Translations under genes and position numbers: made by a program
Assembly: GCA_027067855.1 (NCBI GenBank)
Contig: JAMOUX010000026.1
Span: 16,473 to 80,472 of the forward strand
Length of the DNA stretch: 64,000 nt
Direction: 5' to 3'
Origin: Candidatus Fermentibacteraceae bacterium
Lineage (GTDB): Bacteria > Fermentibacterota > Fermentibacteria > Fermentibacterales > JCC-6
Part shown: piece by piece, positions 49,578 to 59,448 of the stretch
Numbering within the stretch: position 1 is the stretch's first letter
Layout: the number at the start of each line of letters is the position of its first letter
The notes under the pieces: generated by a model
Told to the model about the DNA's origin: nothing
The model's input: the letters and a program-made list of their open reading frames with translations, nothing else
Databases searched by the model: none

Positions 49578-50270
49578 TTAAACTTTGAACGTTTTTTTTA
49601 TGTATTCGAAAAGGTTCGTCAACGAGGATACTTCGTAATCCGATGAAATTTCAAGCGAAGAGTTATATCGATTGAGTACCAGGATACCGGTGAAACCTCC
49701 GGCCCTCGCTGCGGCGATTCCTTTCCACGAATCTTCCACGACCACCGATTTTTCCGGAAGTATTTCCAGTTTACCCGCGGCCTCTAAAAAGATGGCGGGT
49801 GAAGGTTTCCCGGGAAGATTTCCGCCCCCCACCACGTTGCCGGGGCTGATTCCTCCCTGCAGAAGAATCGTCTTCACTATTTCCGAAGGAGAATTCGAGG
49901 CTATACACCATGACGGACCTCCTCGAGAAGCTATTTCGTCGAGGCATGCCACAAGCTCCGCAGCGCCCGGGAAAAGCTTTACCAAACCTTTTTCCACGGC
50001 TTCCGCATAGAATGTCCTTTGCCTGTAGGCCGCTTCCTCCACGTCGATCCCCCGGAGTTCATACCTTTTGATCTCCCCGGAGAGACCTTCTCCCAGGGAA
50101 GACCAGTATTTCCAGTAGTCTTTCTTGTTTACCCGGTGGTTCCAGGGGGCCAGGGCCTTGTTCCACGACCACCTGAAGACGGGTTCGCTGTCAGCGAGAA
50201 CTCCGTCGAAATCCAGGAGGAAACCATCCGCCGAAAGCAGGACCTCGTCCAGGTCTTTTCCACCGTTCAA
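49578..50270 (-). CDS. HAD-family hydrolase (beta-PGM/CbbY-like)
   Basis: DFDGVLADSE, IASNS, KPSP, EDS..G; TTG start at 50270 inferred from SD. Confidence 0.88.
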   Translation of the reverse strand: MNGGKDLDEVLLSADGFLLDFDGVLADSEPVFRWSWNKALAPWNHRVNKKDYWKYWSSLGEGLSGEIKRYELRGIDVEEAAYRQRTFYAEAVEKGLVKLFPGAAELVACLDEIASRGGPSWCIASNSPSEIVKTILLQGGISPGNVVGGGNLPGKPSPAIFLEAAGKLEILPEKSVVVEDSWKGIAAARAGGFTGILVLNRYNSSLEISSDYEVSSLTNLFEYIKKTFKV

Positions 50271-50416
50271 ACAACTTTCCCCTCTCGCGGGCTGTGTGTT
50301 CGTCCTTGGCCCCACGCCCTTCGGGTTACATAATACAAAAATCTTGCATGGGGGAACCAGAGAGTAAAGACCTCCCCCATATTCTCGGATCTGTCCATAA
50401 AACGAGGGAGGCATAC

Positions 50417-51319
50417 TTGTACGGGAATTTCAAGGAGATACGGGAGGCGGCCAGGAAAGTTTCCAACGCCAGGGTCGCGATACCCATGGGACACGATATC
50501 GCATCGGTGGAAGCCTTGCTGCAGGCGTCCGAGGAGGGATTCGCGTCGGCGGTGATAGTATGTCCCGAAGCCGGTTTGAAGGAATCTCTGGATAAGTTGG
50601 GGAAAAAACTTCCCCCCGATATCCGGGTGGTGAACTCGGAAGACCCGGAGGAGGCGGCGCTTCGGGCCGTGGCCCTGGTCAGCTCCGGGGAGGCGACCGT
50701 ACTGATGAAAGGAATGCTTAAAACATCGATTTTCCAGAAAGCCGTGTTGGACAAGGAGACCGGCTTGAGAACCGACAGAATCCTCAGTCATGTCGCGGTG
50801 GTCCACGTGCCCAGGCAGGATCGCCTGGTTGCGATTTCGGACGGAGGGATGAACATCCGTCCCGACGAGGCTGCAATAGTCCAGATAGCCGCCAACGCGG
50901 CGGGCGTCATAAGGGCCCTTGGGGCGGAGGAAGCCCTGGTGGCCCTGTTGGCCGCGGTGGAGGTTCCCAACGAGAAGATGCCGGAAACCATTATGTTCGA
51001 AAGAGTGGCGTCAAGGGGCATTCCGGGGCTCAAGGTGGCGGGACCCATCGCGGTAGACGGGGCCATGGACAAAGAGGCTGCGGCAATCAAGGGAATGACC
51101 GGTGACGTTCCCGGGAACGCCAACGTGCTCATAACTCCGGATATCAGCAGTGGAAACATTTTCGCGAAGGCCTTCATGTATATGACCCATGCCGAAGTCG
51201 GAGGAATCATCGCCGGTGCGGCTGCCCCCGTGGTAATGCTTTCCCGATCGGATACCCCGCGGACCAAGCTGAATTCCCTTGCCCTGGGAGTAGTGGTGAC
51301 GGGAGGCGACAATGGCTGA
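50417..51319 (+). CDS. ptb: Phosphate butyryltransferase (phosphate acyltransferase)
   Basis: LMKGMLKTS, ILSHV, SDGGMNIRP, GPIAVD, SGNIFAK, LSRSD; TTG start after GGGAGG. Confidence 0.9.
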   Translation: MYGNFKEIREAARKVSNARVAIPMGHDIASVEALLQASEEGFASAVIVCPEAGLKESLDKLGKKLPPDIRVVNSEDPEEAALRAVALVSSGEATVLMKGMLKTSIFQKAVLDKETGLRTDRILSHVAVVHVPRQDRLVAISDGGMNIRPDEAAIVQIAANAAGVIRALGAEEALVALLAAVEVPNEKMPETIMFERVASRGIPGLKVAGPIAVDGAMDKEAAAIKGMTGDVPGNANVLITPDISSGNIFAKAFMYMTHAEVGGIIAGAAAPVVMLSRSDTPRTKLNSLALGVVVTGGDNG

Positions 51320-52394
51320 GGATGAAAGGTTGATACTCGCCGTAAATCCCGGCGGTACTTCCACGAAACTGGGATTGTTCAGGGGAATCCGGCCCGTTTT
51401 CGAGAAGAGCATCAGGCACCTTCCGGAAGAATTGGAAAAATTCGGGACGACCCTGGACCAGTTGAATTACAGGAAGAAAATGATACTCGATACCCTGGAG
51501 GAAGAAGGCACGCCGCTGGACCGCCTGGCTGCCGTGGTGGGCAGGGGAGGAGCTTTCAAGCCCATGGAAAGCGGCACTTACGAGGTAAACGAGAAGCTCG
51601 TCGAGGATATCATAGACGGGTCCACCCTGCAGGCGGATCATCCGTCGAACCTGGGGGCGCTCCTGGCATGGGAAATAGCCCGGAAGGCGGGTTGCAAGCC
51701 GTACATCGTGGATCCGGTCTGCGTGGACGAAATGATAGACGAAGCAAGGCTGTCCGGACTTCCCCAACTTCCAAGGACCAGCCTGAGTCATGCCTTGAAC
51801 ATAAGAATGGTGGCGTACAAGGCCGCCGAAATACTGGGGAAACCTTTCAACCGGATCAATCTCGTGGTCCTGCACCTCGGAAGCGGTATATCCGTGAACG
51901 CCATAAGGAAGGGCAGGATGATAGATACCAGTCAGGCTAATGACGGAGGCCCTTTCAGTCCCCAGAGAGTGGGGGCGCTTCCCACCACGGGGCTGGCCAG
52001 GATGTGCCTGTCGGGTAAATACACGTGGCCGGAGATGAAGGTCATGCTTCTCAAGAAGGGCGGGCTGTACGCCTACACGGGAACGGATCACGTGGGAGAG
52101 GCCCTCGAAAGAGCTGCCAAGGGCGACGAGATCTGCAGTTTGACGCTCAGGGCGATGGTCTACCAGATAGTGAAAGAGGCCGGGGCTATGGCGGCTGCGT
52201 TGGCCGGGGATGTCGACGCCGTGGTGATAACCGGGGGGATCGCCCTCAACGAGCAGATAAACGAGAAAATATCGGAGTCTCTCCGCTTCCTGGGTAATAT
52301 ATTGGTCTTCCCCGGAGAGAAGGAATTGGAAGCGTTGGTGCGGGGGGTCCTGAGGGTTCTGGATGGCGTGGAGGAAGTCAAGGAGTACAGGTAG
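51312..52394 (+). CDS. buk: Butyrate kinase
   Basis: NPGGTSTK, VGRGG, HPSNLG, HALN, HLGSGIS, GPFSPQR, TGGIA, PGEKE. Confidence 0.96.
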   Translation: MAEDERLILAVNPGGTSTKLGLFRGIRPVFEKSIRHLPEELEKFGTTLDQLNYRKKMILDTLEEEGTPLDRLAAVVGRGGAFKPMESGTYEVNEKLVEDIIDGSTLQADHPSNLGALLAWEIARKAGCKPYIVDPVCVDEMIDEARLSGLPQLPRTSLSHALNIRMVAYKAAEILGKPFNRINLVVLHLGSGISVNAIRKGRMIDTSQANDGGPFSPQRVGALPTTGLARMCLSGKYTWPEMKVMLLKKGGLYAYTGTDHVGEALERAAKGDEICSLTLRAMVYQIVKEAGAMAAALAGDVDAVVITGGIALNEQINEKISESLRFLGNILVFPGEKELEALVRGVLRVLDGVEEVKEYR

Positions 52395-52427
52395 GCCGTA
52401 TACTGGGCCTCGACGGGAAAGGCGGAA

Positions 52428-54212
52428 ATGGGAAAAAGACTCAACGAGATCACCGAGGGGACGTTGTTCCTCTCGGGTAACGAAGCCGTAGCCAGGGGAG
52501 CCTGGGAAGCGGGAGTTCATTTCGCGACGGGATATCCGGGCACACCATCCACGGAGATCCTGGAGACGATAGGCAAGGAATATCTTGAGATAAAGGCCCA
52601 ATGGGCGCCCAACGAAAAGGTGGGCATGGAGGTTTTGGCCGGGGCTTCCTTCGCCGGGGCGCGGGTGCTCACGGCCATGAAGCACGTGGGGTTGAACGTG
52701 GCTGCCGATCCTCTCTACACCCTGAGCTACATCGGGGCTACGGGGGGAATAGTCATAATATCCGCCGATGATCCAGGTATGCATTCGAGTCAGAACGAGC
52801 AGGACAACAGGCTCATGGGGAGGGCGGCGAAGGTGGTGATACTGGAGCCTTCCGACAGCCAGGAAGCCAAGGACATGGTGGGTGAAGCCCTGAGAATTTC
52901 TGAGGAATTCGACACACCGGTGCTTCTCAGGATGACCACGAGAATATGCCACTCCAAGAGCCTGGTGAAGGTAGGCCCCAGGATCGAGGTTCCGGTGAAG
53001 GGCTACAAAACCGACATAAAGAAAAGAATCCCGATTCCCGCCCACGCGAGAGACATGCACAGCAAAGTGGAAAAGAGACTGCTCGTCCTGGCCGAGTGGG
53101 GAGCCGCCAGTCCATTGAACAGGATAGAAAAGGGCGACCCTTCCCTGGGAGTCATAACCGGCGGCGTTTCTTACCAGTATGTCAAAGAAGCATGCCCGGA
53201 AGCCTCTGTACTCAAGATAGGAATGTCCAACCCGTTGCCGTGGAATCTGGTGGAGAAGTTCCTGGGCATGGTTGACAGGGTGGTTTTCGTGGAAGAAAAC
53301 GATCCTTACCTGGAAGAAACGGTCAAGGCCAGGTTCCTCATCGAAGCCGACGGGAAAAACGTTATCCCCTTGGAGGGGGAACTCAACCCGGAGATAGTAC
53401 GTGAAGCACTTAAGCCGGGAACCGGCATGCAAAGCACATGGCGGGGTTTCGACCTGCCGGGACGACCTCCGGCCCTTTGCCCCGGTTGTCCCCATAGGGG
53501 GGCTTTCTACAGCCTTAGCAGGCTTGGAGCCGGGGCCACCGGCGACATAGGCTGTTACACCCTGGGCCTCATGCCTCCTTACAATGCCCTGGAGACCACC
53601 GTATGCATGGGAGCTTCCATCGGTGTTCTGAGCGGCATAGAGAATGCGGAGGGAAGGAAGGGCATAAAAAGGTTGGTGGCGGCCATAGGGGAGTCGACGT
53701 TCGTACATTCGGGGATAACCGGTCTTATCGACATGGTTTATAACGGCAATACGGGAACCGTGATGATAATGGACAACGGCCTGACCGCCATGACCGGAGG
53801 GCAGGAGAATCCCACCACGGGAAGGAATCTCAGGGGGGAAAAAGCTCCGGTCCTGGACCTGGAGGAACTGGTTAAGGCCTGCGGGGTCCGGATTGTCAGG
53901 GTAGTGGATCCCCATGATCTTGACGAGATGCGGAAAGTATTCGAGGAGGAGTTGGCAAGAGAGGAACTCTCGGTGATTATCACGCGCAGGCCGTGCGTGA
54001 TGAAGTACAGGCCCGTGAGACGGACCGTGGCGGTGGTGGACACTGAGAAGTGCGTGGGATGCAGGCAGTGCATGAAACTCGGGTGTCCGGCCATCAGCTG
54101 GGATAACGGCCATCCGGTGATAAGCGAGTTCCTATGTTGGCCCAGATGCAACCTTTGTGTCCAGGTCTGTCCGGTGGATGCCATCTCGAAGGATATGGAA
54201 GGTGATGAATGA
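52428..54212 (+). CDS. iorA: Indolepyruvate:ferredoxin oxidoreductase alpha subunit
   Basis: GNEAVARG, YPGTPSTE, MKHVGLNVAADP, SSQNEQD, CPGCPH, GDIGCY, C-terminal ferredoxin domain. Confidence 0.96.
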   Translation: MGKRLNEITEGTLFLSGNEAVARGAWEAGVHFATGYPGTPSTEILETIGKEYLEIKAQWAPNEKVGMEVLAGASFAGARVLTAMKHVGLNVAADPLYTLSYIGATGGIVIISADDPGMHSSQNEQDNRLMGRAAKVVILEPSDSQEAKDMVGEALRISEEFDTPVLLRMTTRICHSKSLVKVGPRIEVPVKGYKTDIKKRIPIPAHARDMHSKVEKRLLVLAEWGAASPLNRIEKGDPSLGVITGGVSYQYVKEACPEASVLKIGMSNPLPWNLVEKFLGMVDRVVFVEENDPYLEETVKARFLIEADGKNVIPLEGELNPEIVREALKPGTGMQSTWRGFDLPGRPPALCPGCPHRGAFYSLSRLGAGATGDIGCYTLGLMPPYNALETTVCMGASIGVLSGIENAEGRKGIKRLVAAIGESTFVHSGITGLIDMVYNGNTGTVMIMDNGLTAMTGGQENPTTGRNLRGEKAPVLDLEELVKACGVRIVRVVDPHDLDEMRKVFEEELAREELSVIITRRPCVMKYRPVRRTVAVVDTEKCVGCRQCMKLGCPAISWDNGHPVISEFLCWPRCNLCVQVCPVDAISKDMEGDE

Positions 54213-54793
54213 ACTCCGTCACGAACGTCATAATCTGCGGTACCGGCGGGCAGGGAATCCTGCTTGCCAGTGAAATCCTTTGCGCGGCCGCCATCGCCGC
54301 CGGTAACGACGTGAAGAAAAGTGAAGTACATGGAATGGCCCAAAGGGGTGGGAGCGTTTCCAGCCACGTCAGGTTCGGAGAGAAGATCTACAGCCCCCTG
54401 GTGGAGAAAGGGAACGCGGACCTGATTCTTGCCATGGAAAAACTGGAGGGACTGAGATGGGTCCCGTATCTCGCTCCCGGAGGAAAGCTCGTGGCGTGCG
54501 ACCTGGAAATCAATCCCATGACGGTGAATACCGGGGAGGCGGTCTACCCCGACGTGGACGCGATGATGAAAGAGAAGGGCGTCCCGGTGACCATGGTTCC
54601 GGCGATGGAAGTCGCAAGGGCTCTCGGTAACATGAAAGTGGTCAACGTGGCGCTTCTCGGAGCGGTTTCGCCCCACCTTCCCATCGACGCCGAATACTGG
54701 CGCGAGGCGATAAAACAAAGGGTTCCGGGGAAGTTCCTGGAGGTGAACCTGCAGGCATTCGACAGGGGAAGGGAACTGGGTTCGGATACCTAG
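54209..54793 (+). CDS. iorB: Indolepyruvate:ferredoxin oxidoreductase beta subunit
   Basis: GTGGQG, SEVHGMAQRGGSV, NVALLG, NLQAF..G. Confidence 0.96.
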   Translation: MNSVTNVIICGTGGQGILLASEILCAAAIAAGNDVKKSEVHGMAQRGGSVSSHVRFGEKIYSPLVEKGNADLILAMEKLEGLRWVPYLAPGGKLVACDLEINPMTVNTGEAVYPDVDAMMKEKGVPVTMVPAMEVARALGNMKVVNVALLGAVSPHLPIDAEYWREAIKQRVPGKFLEVNLQAFDRGRELGSDT

Positions 54794-54814
54794 CTCCGGG
54801 ACTTCTCCACGAGA

Positions 54815-56362
54815 CTAATCCATCCATCCATCGTGCCACTTCCCTCCGCTGGTCAGGAGTTCGGACGTTCCGATGTTTTCTACGAAGTCAAACGCCCTGC
54901 CCAGGTTGAGAGAGATGTCCGATGCCGCCAGGGACCTTCTTGAAATTTCCGCGACGGCCATGTCTCCGGCGAGGCCGTGGAGAAAAGCTCCGGAGACGGC
55001 TGCGTCGAAGGGATCCATTCCCTGGGCCAGGAAGGAAGCCGTGATACCGGTCAATACGTCGCCGCTGCCTCCCGTCGCCATTCCGTCGTTGCCGGCTGGG
55101 ACGAGACATGTTCCCCTCTCAGGCTGGAACACCATGGTAGGTCGACCTTTAAGGAGTATGCAAGTACCGGTGGCCGCCGCCAGTTTCGCCGCCGCTGCGG
55201 AACGCTCCGGCAGGTTGGAAGGATCACAGTCACAAAGCCGGGAGAGTTCTCCGGGATGGGGGGTCAACAGTATGGGTCCGCGATATTCCTTCAGTCTCTT
55301 CCGGGGGTCGCCCAGCACGTTCAGAGCGTCGGCGTCCAGCACCAAGGGAACCTGCCAGTTCTCAAGGATGAAGTTCACTATTTTCGTCGTGGAAAGAGAA
55401 TCTCCCATTCCCGGGCCCACCGCCACGGCATCGTAACCGGAAGGATCCGGCAGGCTGCTGGGATCCCCGGGGAGAAAATAGGAACACAGCGCCTCGGGAA
55501 TCCTGCCCGCGACCAATTGGTGGATCGAAATGGGAACGGTCAGCGTGACCAGGCCTACTCCCGAACGCACTGCTCCCCGGGCCATGAGCTGGGGAGCCCC
55601 GGACATGATTTCCGATCCGCCCACAAGGAGAACCTTCCCGAAGGTTCCCTTGTGCCCGTCCACCGGTCTTTCGGGAAGGAACCCCGGTATATCCGCCGCC
55701 TCCGGAACCATTCTGTCCCTGGATGCATTCACGGGTATGCCGATGTCCGCGACGAAGACGGCTCCCGCGTAGCCGCACCCGGGAGGCAGAAGCAACCCGG
55801 CCTTGGGAGCTGCCATGGTGACGGTGACGTCGGCGGCGAGGGTGAGTGGATCCGCTTCACCCGTTCTGCAGTTCACACCGGACGGGGTATCCACCGCCAG
55901 TATCCTGCAGTGATAGTTATGCATACGGTTCAGGCACTGGGCGAAGACACCTCCGATTTCTCCCTTGAAACCCGTTCCCAGGAGGGCATCGATGAGGAGG
56001 ACGGGATTCTCCGTCAGGTCGGACAGCTTTTCCGGAGGAATCACTATGCCGCCGTCACCCACGAAGCGGGTCAGGTTGTTCTGGCATTCGGGAGAGAGGC
56101 TCTTCCCTCGTTCGGTGGCAAGAACGACATGGGCGTAGTAGGATCTTTCCCGGAGTTTTCGCGCTGCAACCAGGCCATCGCCTCCGTTGTTTCCGGGACC
56201 GGCGAACACTATCACGAAGCCGTCGTCCGGGGAAACCATTTTCATGGCGCGTCGGGCTACAGCTTCCCCGGCTCTTTCCATTAGAACATCCGCCGGAGTG
56301 CCGTTCTCGATGGCTCTCCTGTCATAGGCGGCCATCTCATCAGGAATGACCCAGTACTTCAT
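54815..56362 (-). CDS. nnr: Bifunctional NAD(P)HX epimerase/dehydratase
   Basis: LMERAG, GPGNNGGDG, DALLGTG, HKGTFG, DADAL, TPHPGE, ATGGSGDVLTG. Confidence 0.95.
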   Translation of the reverse strand: MKYWVIPDEMAAYDRRAIENGTPADVLMERAGEAVARRAMKMVSPDDGFVIVFAGPGNNGGDGLVAARKLRERSYYAHVVLATERGKSLSPECQNNLTRFVGDGGIVIPPEKLSDLTENPVLLIDALLGTGFKGEIGGVFAQCLNRMHNYHCRILAVDTPSGVNCRTGEADPLTLAADVTVTMAAPKAGLLLPPGCGYAGAVFVADIGIPVNASRDRMVPEAADIPGFLPERPVDGHKGTFGKVLLVGGSEIMSGAPQLMARGAVRSGVGLVTLTVPISIHQLVAGRIPEALCSYFLPGDPSSLPDPSGYDAVAVGPGMGDSLSTTKIVNFILENWQVPLVLDADALNVLGDPRKRLKEYRGPILLTPHPGELSRLCDCDPSNLPERSAAAAKLAAATGTCILLKGRPTMVFQPERGTCLVPAGNDGMATGGSGDVLTGITASFLAQGMDPFDAAVSGAFLHGLAGDMAVAEISRRSLAASDISLNLGRAFDFVENIGTSELLTSGGKWHDGWMD

Positions 56363-56381
56363 CGTTTTCCCTCCAGTCCGT

Positions 56382-56741
56382 TCAGGCCAGGAACACGACG
56401 GCTACCGCCGCTTTGGCAGTGCTGGCCACATCGACCAGTACCTTTCTTTTCCCAAGCAGGTTCAGGGATTTGCCGCTTATCACCGGCAGGAGATGTCCGC
56501 TTTCTCCGCGTGGCAGGGAGAAGTCCCGCCACCGTACACCGCCGGACAAGCCCGTGCCCAAAGCCTTGAAGAAAGCTTCCTTGGCGGCGAACCTGGTGGC
56601 GAGGAATACGATGTCTTCTCCACCCAGCAACTCCTCCCCGGTGAAAATCCTTTGCATGAAACGGGAACCGCCGCGTTCCAGTGCCCTGCGCATTCTTTCA
56701 ATATCTATCGTGTCGATTCCCTGGGATAATGTCGTCAGCAC
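56382..56741 (-). CDS. acpS: Holo-ACP synthase
   Basis: GIDTIDIER, RFAAKEAFFKALGTG; GTG start inferred. Confidence 0.9.
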   Translation of the reverse strand: MLTTLSQGIDTIDIERMRRALERGGSRFMQRIFTGEELLGGEDIVFLATRFAAKEAFFKALGTGLSGGVRWRDFSLPRGESGHLLPVISGKSLNLLGKRKVLVDVASTAKAAVAVVFLA

Positions 56742-56796
56742 GTTTCCTCTTCCCGGTGCGAAGATTTCTTTCGGAAAATAGTAATAGAGAAAAGAG

Positions 56797-57816
56797 CTAG
56801 TGGCAACACAAGGGAGAGAGACCGGAACCCGTCCACCTGGAAAAGGCGTTGCACTGCAAGGAAGAACGGGCCGAAGGATCGGAATCCAGTACGGCCGCCG
56901 CAGCCCGCCCCACCATGAGGGCGTTGTCGGTGGAATGTTCGACATCCGGCAGGAACAGCGGTATGCCCAGGAGGGCCGACGCCCGGGAAAGCCTGTTTCT
57001 CAGGAGGCTGTTGGCGGTTACTCCTCCCGCCGCCACCATGCTGGCGGCGCCGATTTCCCTGCACTGGTGAAGAAACTTGGAAACCAGGCTGTCCACCACC
57101 CTGAGCCTGAAGGATGCCGCGAGGTCAGCGGGATCGGCTCCCTTTTCCAGGGCGATTCTCGCCGCCGTCTTGAGTCCGCTGAAACTGAATTCCGGCAGGG
57201 ATGGATCATGGAGCGGGGAGGGGAGATGGACGGCGGAGGGGTCTCCGCGTTCCGCCAGCGCGTCGAGAGCCGCTCCCCCGGGATACCCGAGGCCCAGTAA
57301 CTTCGCGGTTTTGTCGAAGGATTCGCCGGCGGCATCATCCCTGGTGCATCCCAGCATGGTTATTCTTTCCCAGGAGTCCATTCTCAGCAGACAGGTATGT
57401 CCCCCGGATGCCAACAGGGCCGCGGCTGGAAATTTCACCGGTTTCCCGTAGTGCAGGAACAGGTGTGCCGCCAGATGATTGATTCCGAGGAAAGGTTTTC
57501 CCGAAGACCATGCAGCCGCCTTGGCCCAGGAAAGTCCTACGAGAAGAGATCCGACAAGACCGGGGCCCGCAGTGGCCGCGTACACGTCTATGGTGCCGGG
57601 GAAGTTCGGGACCCCGGCTTTTGCAAATACATCGCCGATAACGGAAGGAAGCGTTTCCAGGTGATTCCTGGATGCTAATTCAGGAACCACTCCGCCATGG
57701 GCCGAATGTACGTCCTGGTGACGGATCTCCTCGGCCAGGAGATCCGTTCCGTCCAGGAGGGCGACCGCCGTGTCGTCGCATGAAGTTTCGACGGCAAGTA
57801 TCTTCAAAGAGGTCAT
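56797..57816 (-). CDS. tsaD: tRNA threonylcarbamoyltransferase TsaD
   Basis: ETSCDDT, GGVVPELASR.H, HLAAH, SGGHT, DDAAGESFDK, SFSGLKT, TDNA.M. Confidence 0.96.
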   Translation of the reverse strand: MTSLKILAVETSCDDTAVALLDGTDLLAEEIRHQDVHSAHGGVVPELASRNHLETLPSVIGDVFAKAGVPNFPGTIDVYAATAGPGLVGSLLVGLSWAKAAAWSSGKPFLGINHLAAHLFLHYGKPVKFPAAALLASGGHTCLLRMDSWERITMLGCTRDDAAGESFDKTAKLLGLGYPGGAALDALAERGDPSAVHLPSPLHDPSLPEFSFSGLKTAARIALEKGADPADLAASFRLRVVDSLVSKFLHQCREIGAASMVAAGGVTANSLLRNRLSRASALLGIPLFLPDVEHSTDNALMVGRAAAAVLDSDPSARSSLQCNAFSRWTGSGLSPLCCH

Positions 57817-58265
57817 TCCTCCTCGAGGGGGAGGATTTTCACCGCCAGATCAGCCCTTATCTCACCGTATACCTTGACCTGTATCTTGTAGTCGCCGATG
57901 TTCTTGAGGTGTTCGGTCATGATGATCTGCCCCGCATCCACATCGAAACCGGCGTCCTTGAGATGCATGGATATGTTCTTTTCATTGACACTGCCGTAGA
58001 GATGTCCGTTTTCATCGGCGGACGCCCTGATCTCGGCGGTGTGATTGTTGAGGCGCCCTGCGAGATCCTTGGCCTCGGAAATGGTCTTTTCCCGCTCGGA
58101 GAGAGCTTTCGCCCTGTATATCTCGGCCGATTTCACCGCTGCGGGCGAAGCCTTGATCGCCAGATTCCTGGGGAAAAGATAATTTCTTGCGTAACCGTCC
58201 GAAACCTCGACGACATCACCGCCAAGGCCCAGGTCCTCGACGCTCTTGATAAGAAGGACTTTCAT
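57813..58265 (-). CDS. rplI: 50S ribosomal protein L9
   Basis: MKVLL...LG..GDVVEVSDGYARNYLFP, LYGSV. Confidence 0.96.
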   Translation of the reverse strand: MKVLLIKSVEDLGLGGDVVEVSDGYARNYLFPRNLAIKASPAAVKSAEIYRAKALSEREKTISEAKDLAGRLNNHTAEIRASADENGHLYGSVNEKNISMHLKDAGFDVDAGQIIMTEHLKNIGDYKIQVKVYGEIRADLAVKILPLEEE

Positions 58266-58266
58266 T

Positions 58267-59157
58267 TCAAATCGTTCCTTTCCTTCGGGCTGCCATGCGC
58301 GCCCTGAAATCGTACCAGGTGTCAAGTATGCCTATCAGCACCAGGGACCCGAATAGTGCCGGTGGAAAGATTATGCCCGGCAGAAAAAAGATGAAAACAC
58401 CGGGACGGTGTTTCAGCAATCTTCCCATTACGGCCAAGCCCACTATGGTGTAGGGTACGAGCATGAAGATACCCACGTTCAGAGCCGCCCCGGCGACGGC
58501 GGATGGAACGTGGAACAGATAAGCCGACATGCAGAGGATGAGTATCCATGCGGGAACCAGCCCCAGTCGCAGTTGCCCGTTATCTTTTTCCTCCGGCCAT
58601 GCTTTTCCCGCAGGTTCGGTTCCGGTTTGACGGTGCCTTCTTCCGCATATGATTCGTGCGGTTATCGAAGCGACAATGGTGCCGGAAACGGTCCACGTGG
58701 CCAGGGTGGACGGCAGAAGGCGGATAAAGGTGTCCACTGCGGAGTTTATCTCGGATTGGCTCATGCCCGCCGACTTATACAGTCGGATAACGGTAGCCAT
58801 GCTCTCCGCCGACCACGGTGAATGCCGGGGTACGATCAGTATGCCCAGCAGGAAGGCTATGAAAGCCGCTGCCGCCGCCGCCGCGGTCGCGGCGGTGAAA
58901 TCCAGTCCCGCTTTCGAAGCTCCCGCCAGCACTCCCGCTCCGGCTGCGGCCGTCAGTGCGCCGGGGAGGCCTGTGAACAGAAATACGAGAAGAAGCGTTC
59001 CCAGGGCGAGAATCGTACCGGTTCGCGAATTCCTGCACGCGAATGACGATGCCATGAAAGCCATGCCCGCGTAAGGCAGTCCCAGGAAGAACAGGAGTAC
59101 CCAGAGGACCACCAGGCCGAAGGTGCCTGTTCCCTTTGCCGTTCCGTTCCCCGACAT
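58267..59157 (-). CDS. DUF2232/YybS-family membrane protein
   Basis: Multi-TM protein, C-terminal IGILDTWYDFR, canonical position between rpsR and rplI. Confidence 0.8.
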   Translation of the reverse strand: MSGNGTAKGTGTFGLVVLWVLLFFLGLPYAGMAFMASSFACRNSRTGTILALGTLLLVFLFTGLPGALTAAAGAGVLAGASKAGLDFTAATAAAAAAAFIAFLLGILIVPRHSPWSAESMATVIRLYKSAGMSQSEINSAVDTFIRLLPSTLATWTVSGTIVASITARIICGRRHRQTGTEPAGKAWPEEKDNGQLRLGLVPAWILILCMSAYLFHVPSAVAGAALNVGIFMLVPYTIVGLAVMGRLLKHRPGVFIFFLPGIIFPPALFGSLVLIGILDTWYDFRARMAARRKGTI

Positions 59158-59170
59158 ATTTCCGGCAAAC

Positions 59171-59428
59171 CTACCTGTAATGTTCCCGGACGTATGGAAT
59201 GATGGCGAGAAACCTCGCCACCTTGATCGCATTGGCCACCCGCCTCTGATGCTTGGCGCAGTTTCCCGTAACTCGTCTCGCCACTATCTTGCCCCTGTCA
59301 GAAACAAATCTCTCCAGGAGTTTCTCGTTCTTGTAGGAAATCTCGAGACTCGGGTTCGCGCAGAACCTGCATTTCTTCTTGCGGCCGAACTTGCCGCTCT
59401 TCTTCTTGATTCTTTTCTTCGACGCCAT
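59171..59428 (-). CDS. rpsR: 30S ribosomal protein S18 (Zn-binding C+ type)
   Basis: KKCRFC, ISYKN, GKIVARRVTGNCAKHQR, ARFLAIIPY. Confidence 0.97.
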   Translation of the reverse strand: MASKKRIKKKSGKFGRKKKCRFCANPSLEISYKNEKLLERFVSDRGKIVARRVTGNCAKHQRRVANAIKVARFLAIIPYVREHYR

Positions 59429-59448
59429 GATGTCTTCCTTCCGAAGTT

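Noticed and set aside
51207..54113. 968-aa minus-strand ORF and similar long shadow ORFs (30074-32434, 23206-25083, 3326-4807, 46984-48435)
   Set aside because: They lie antisense to well-conserved genes, show no recognisable motifs, and are expected from GC-rich codon bias.
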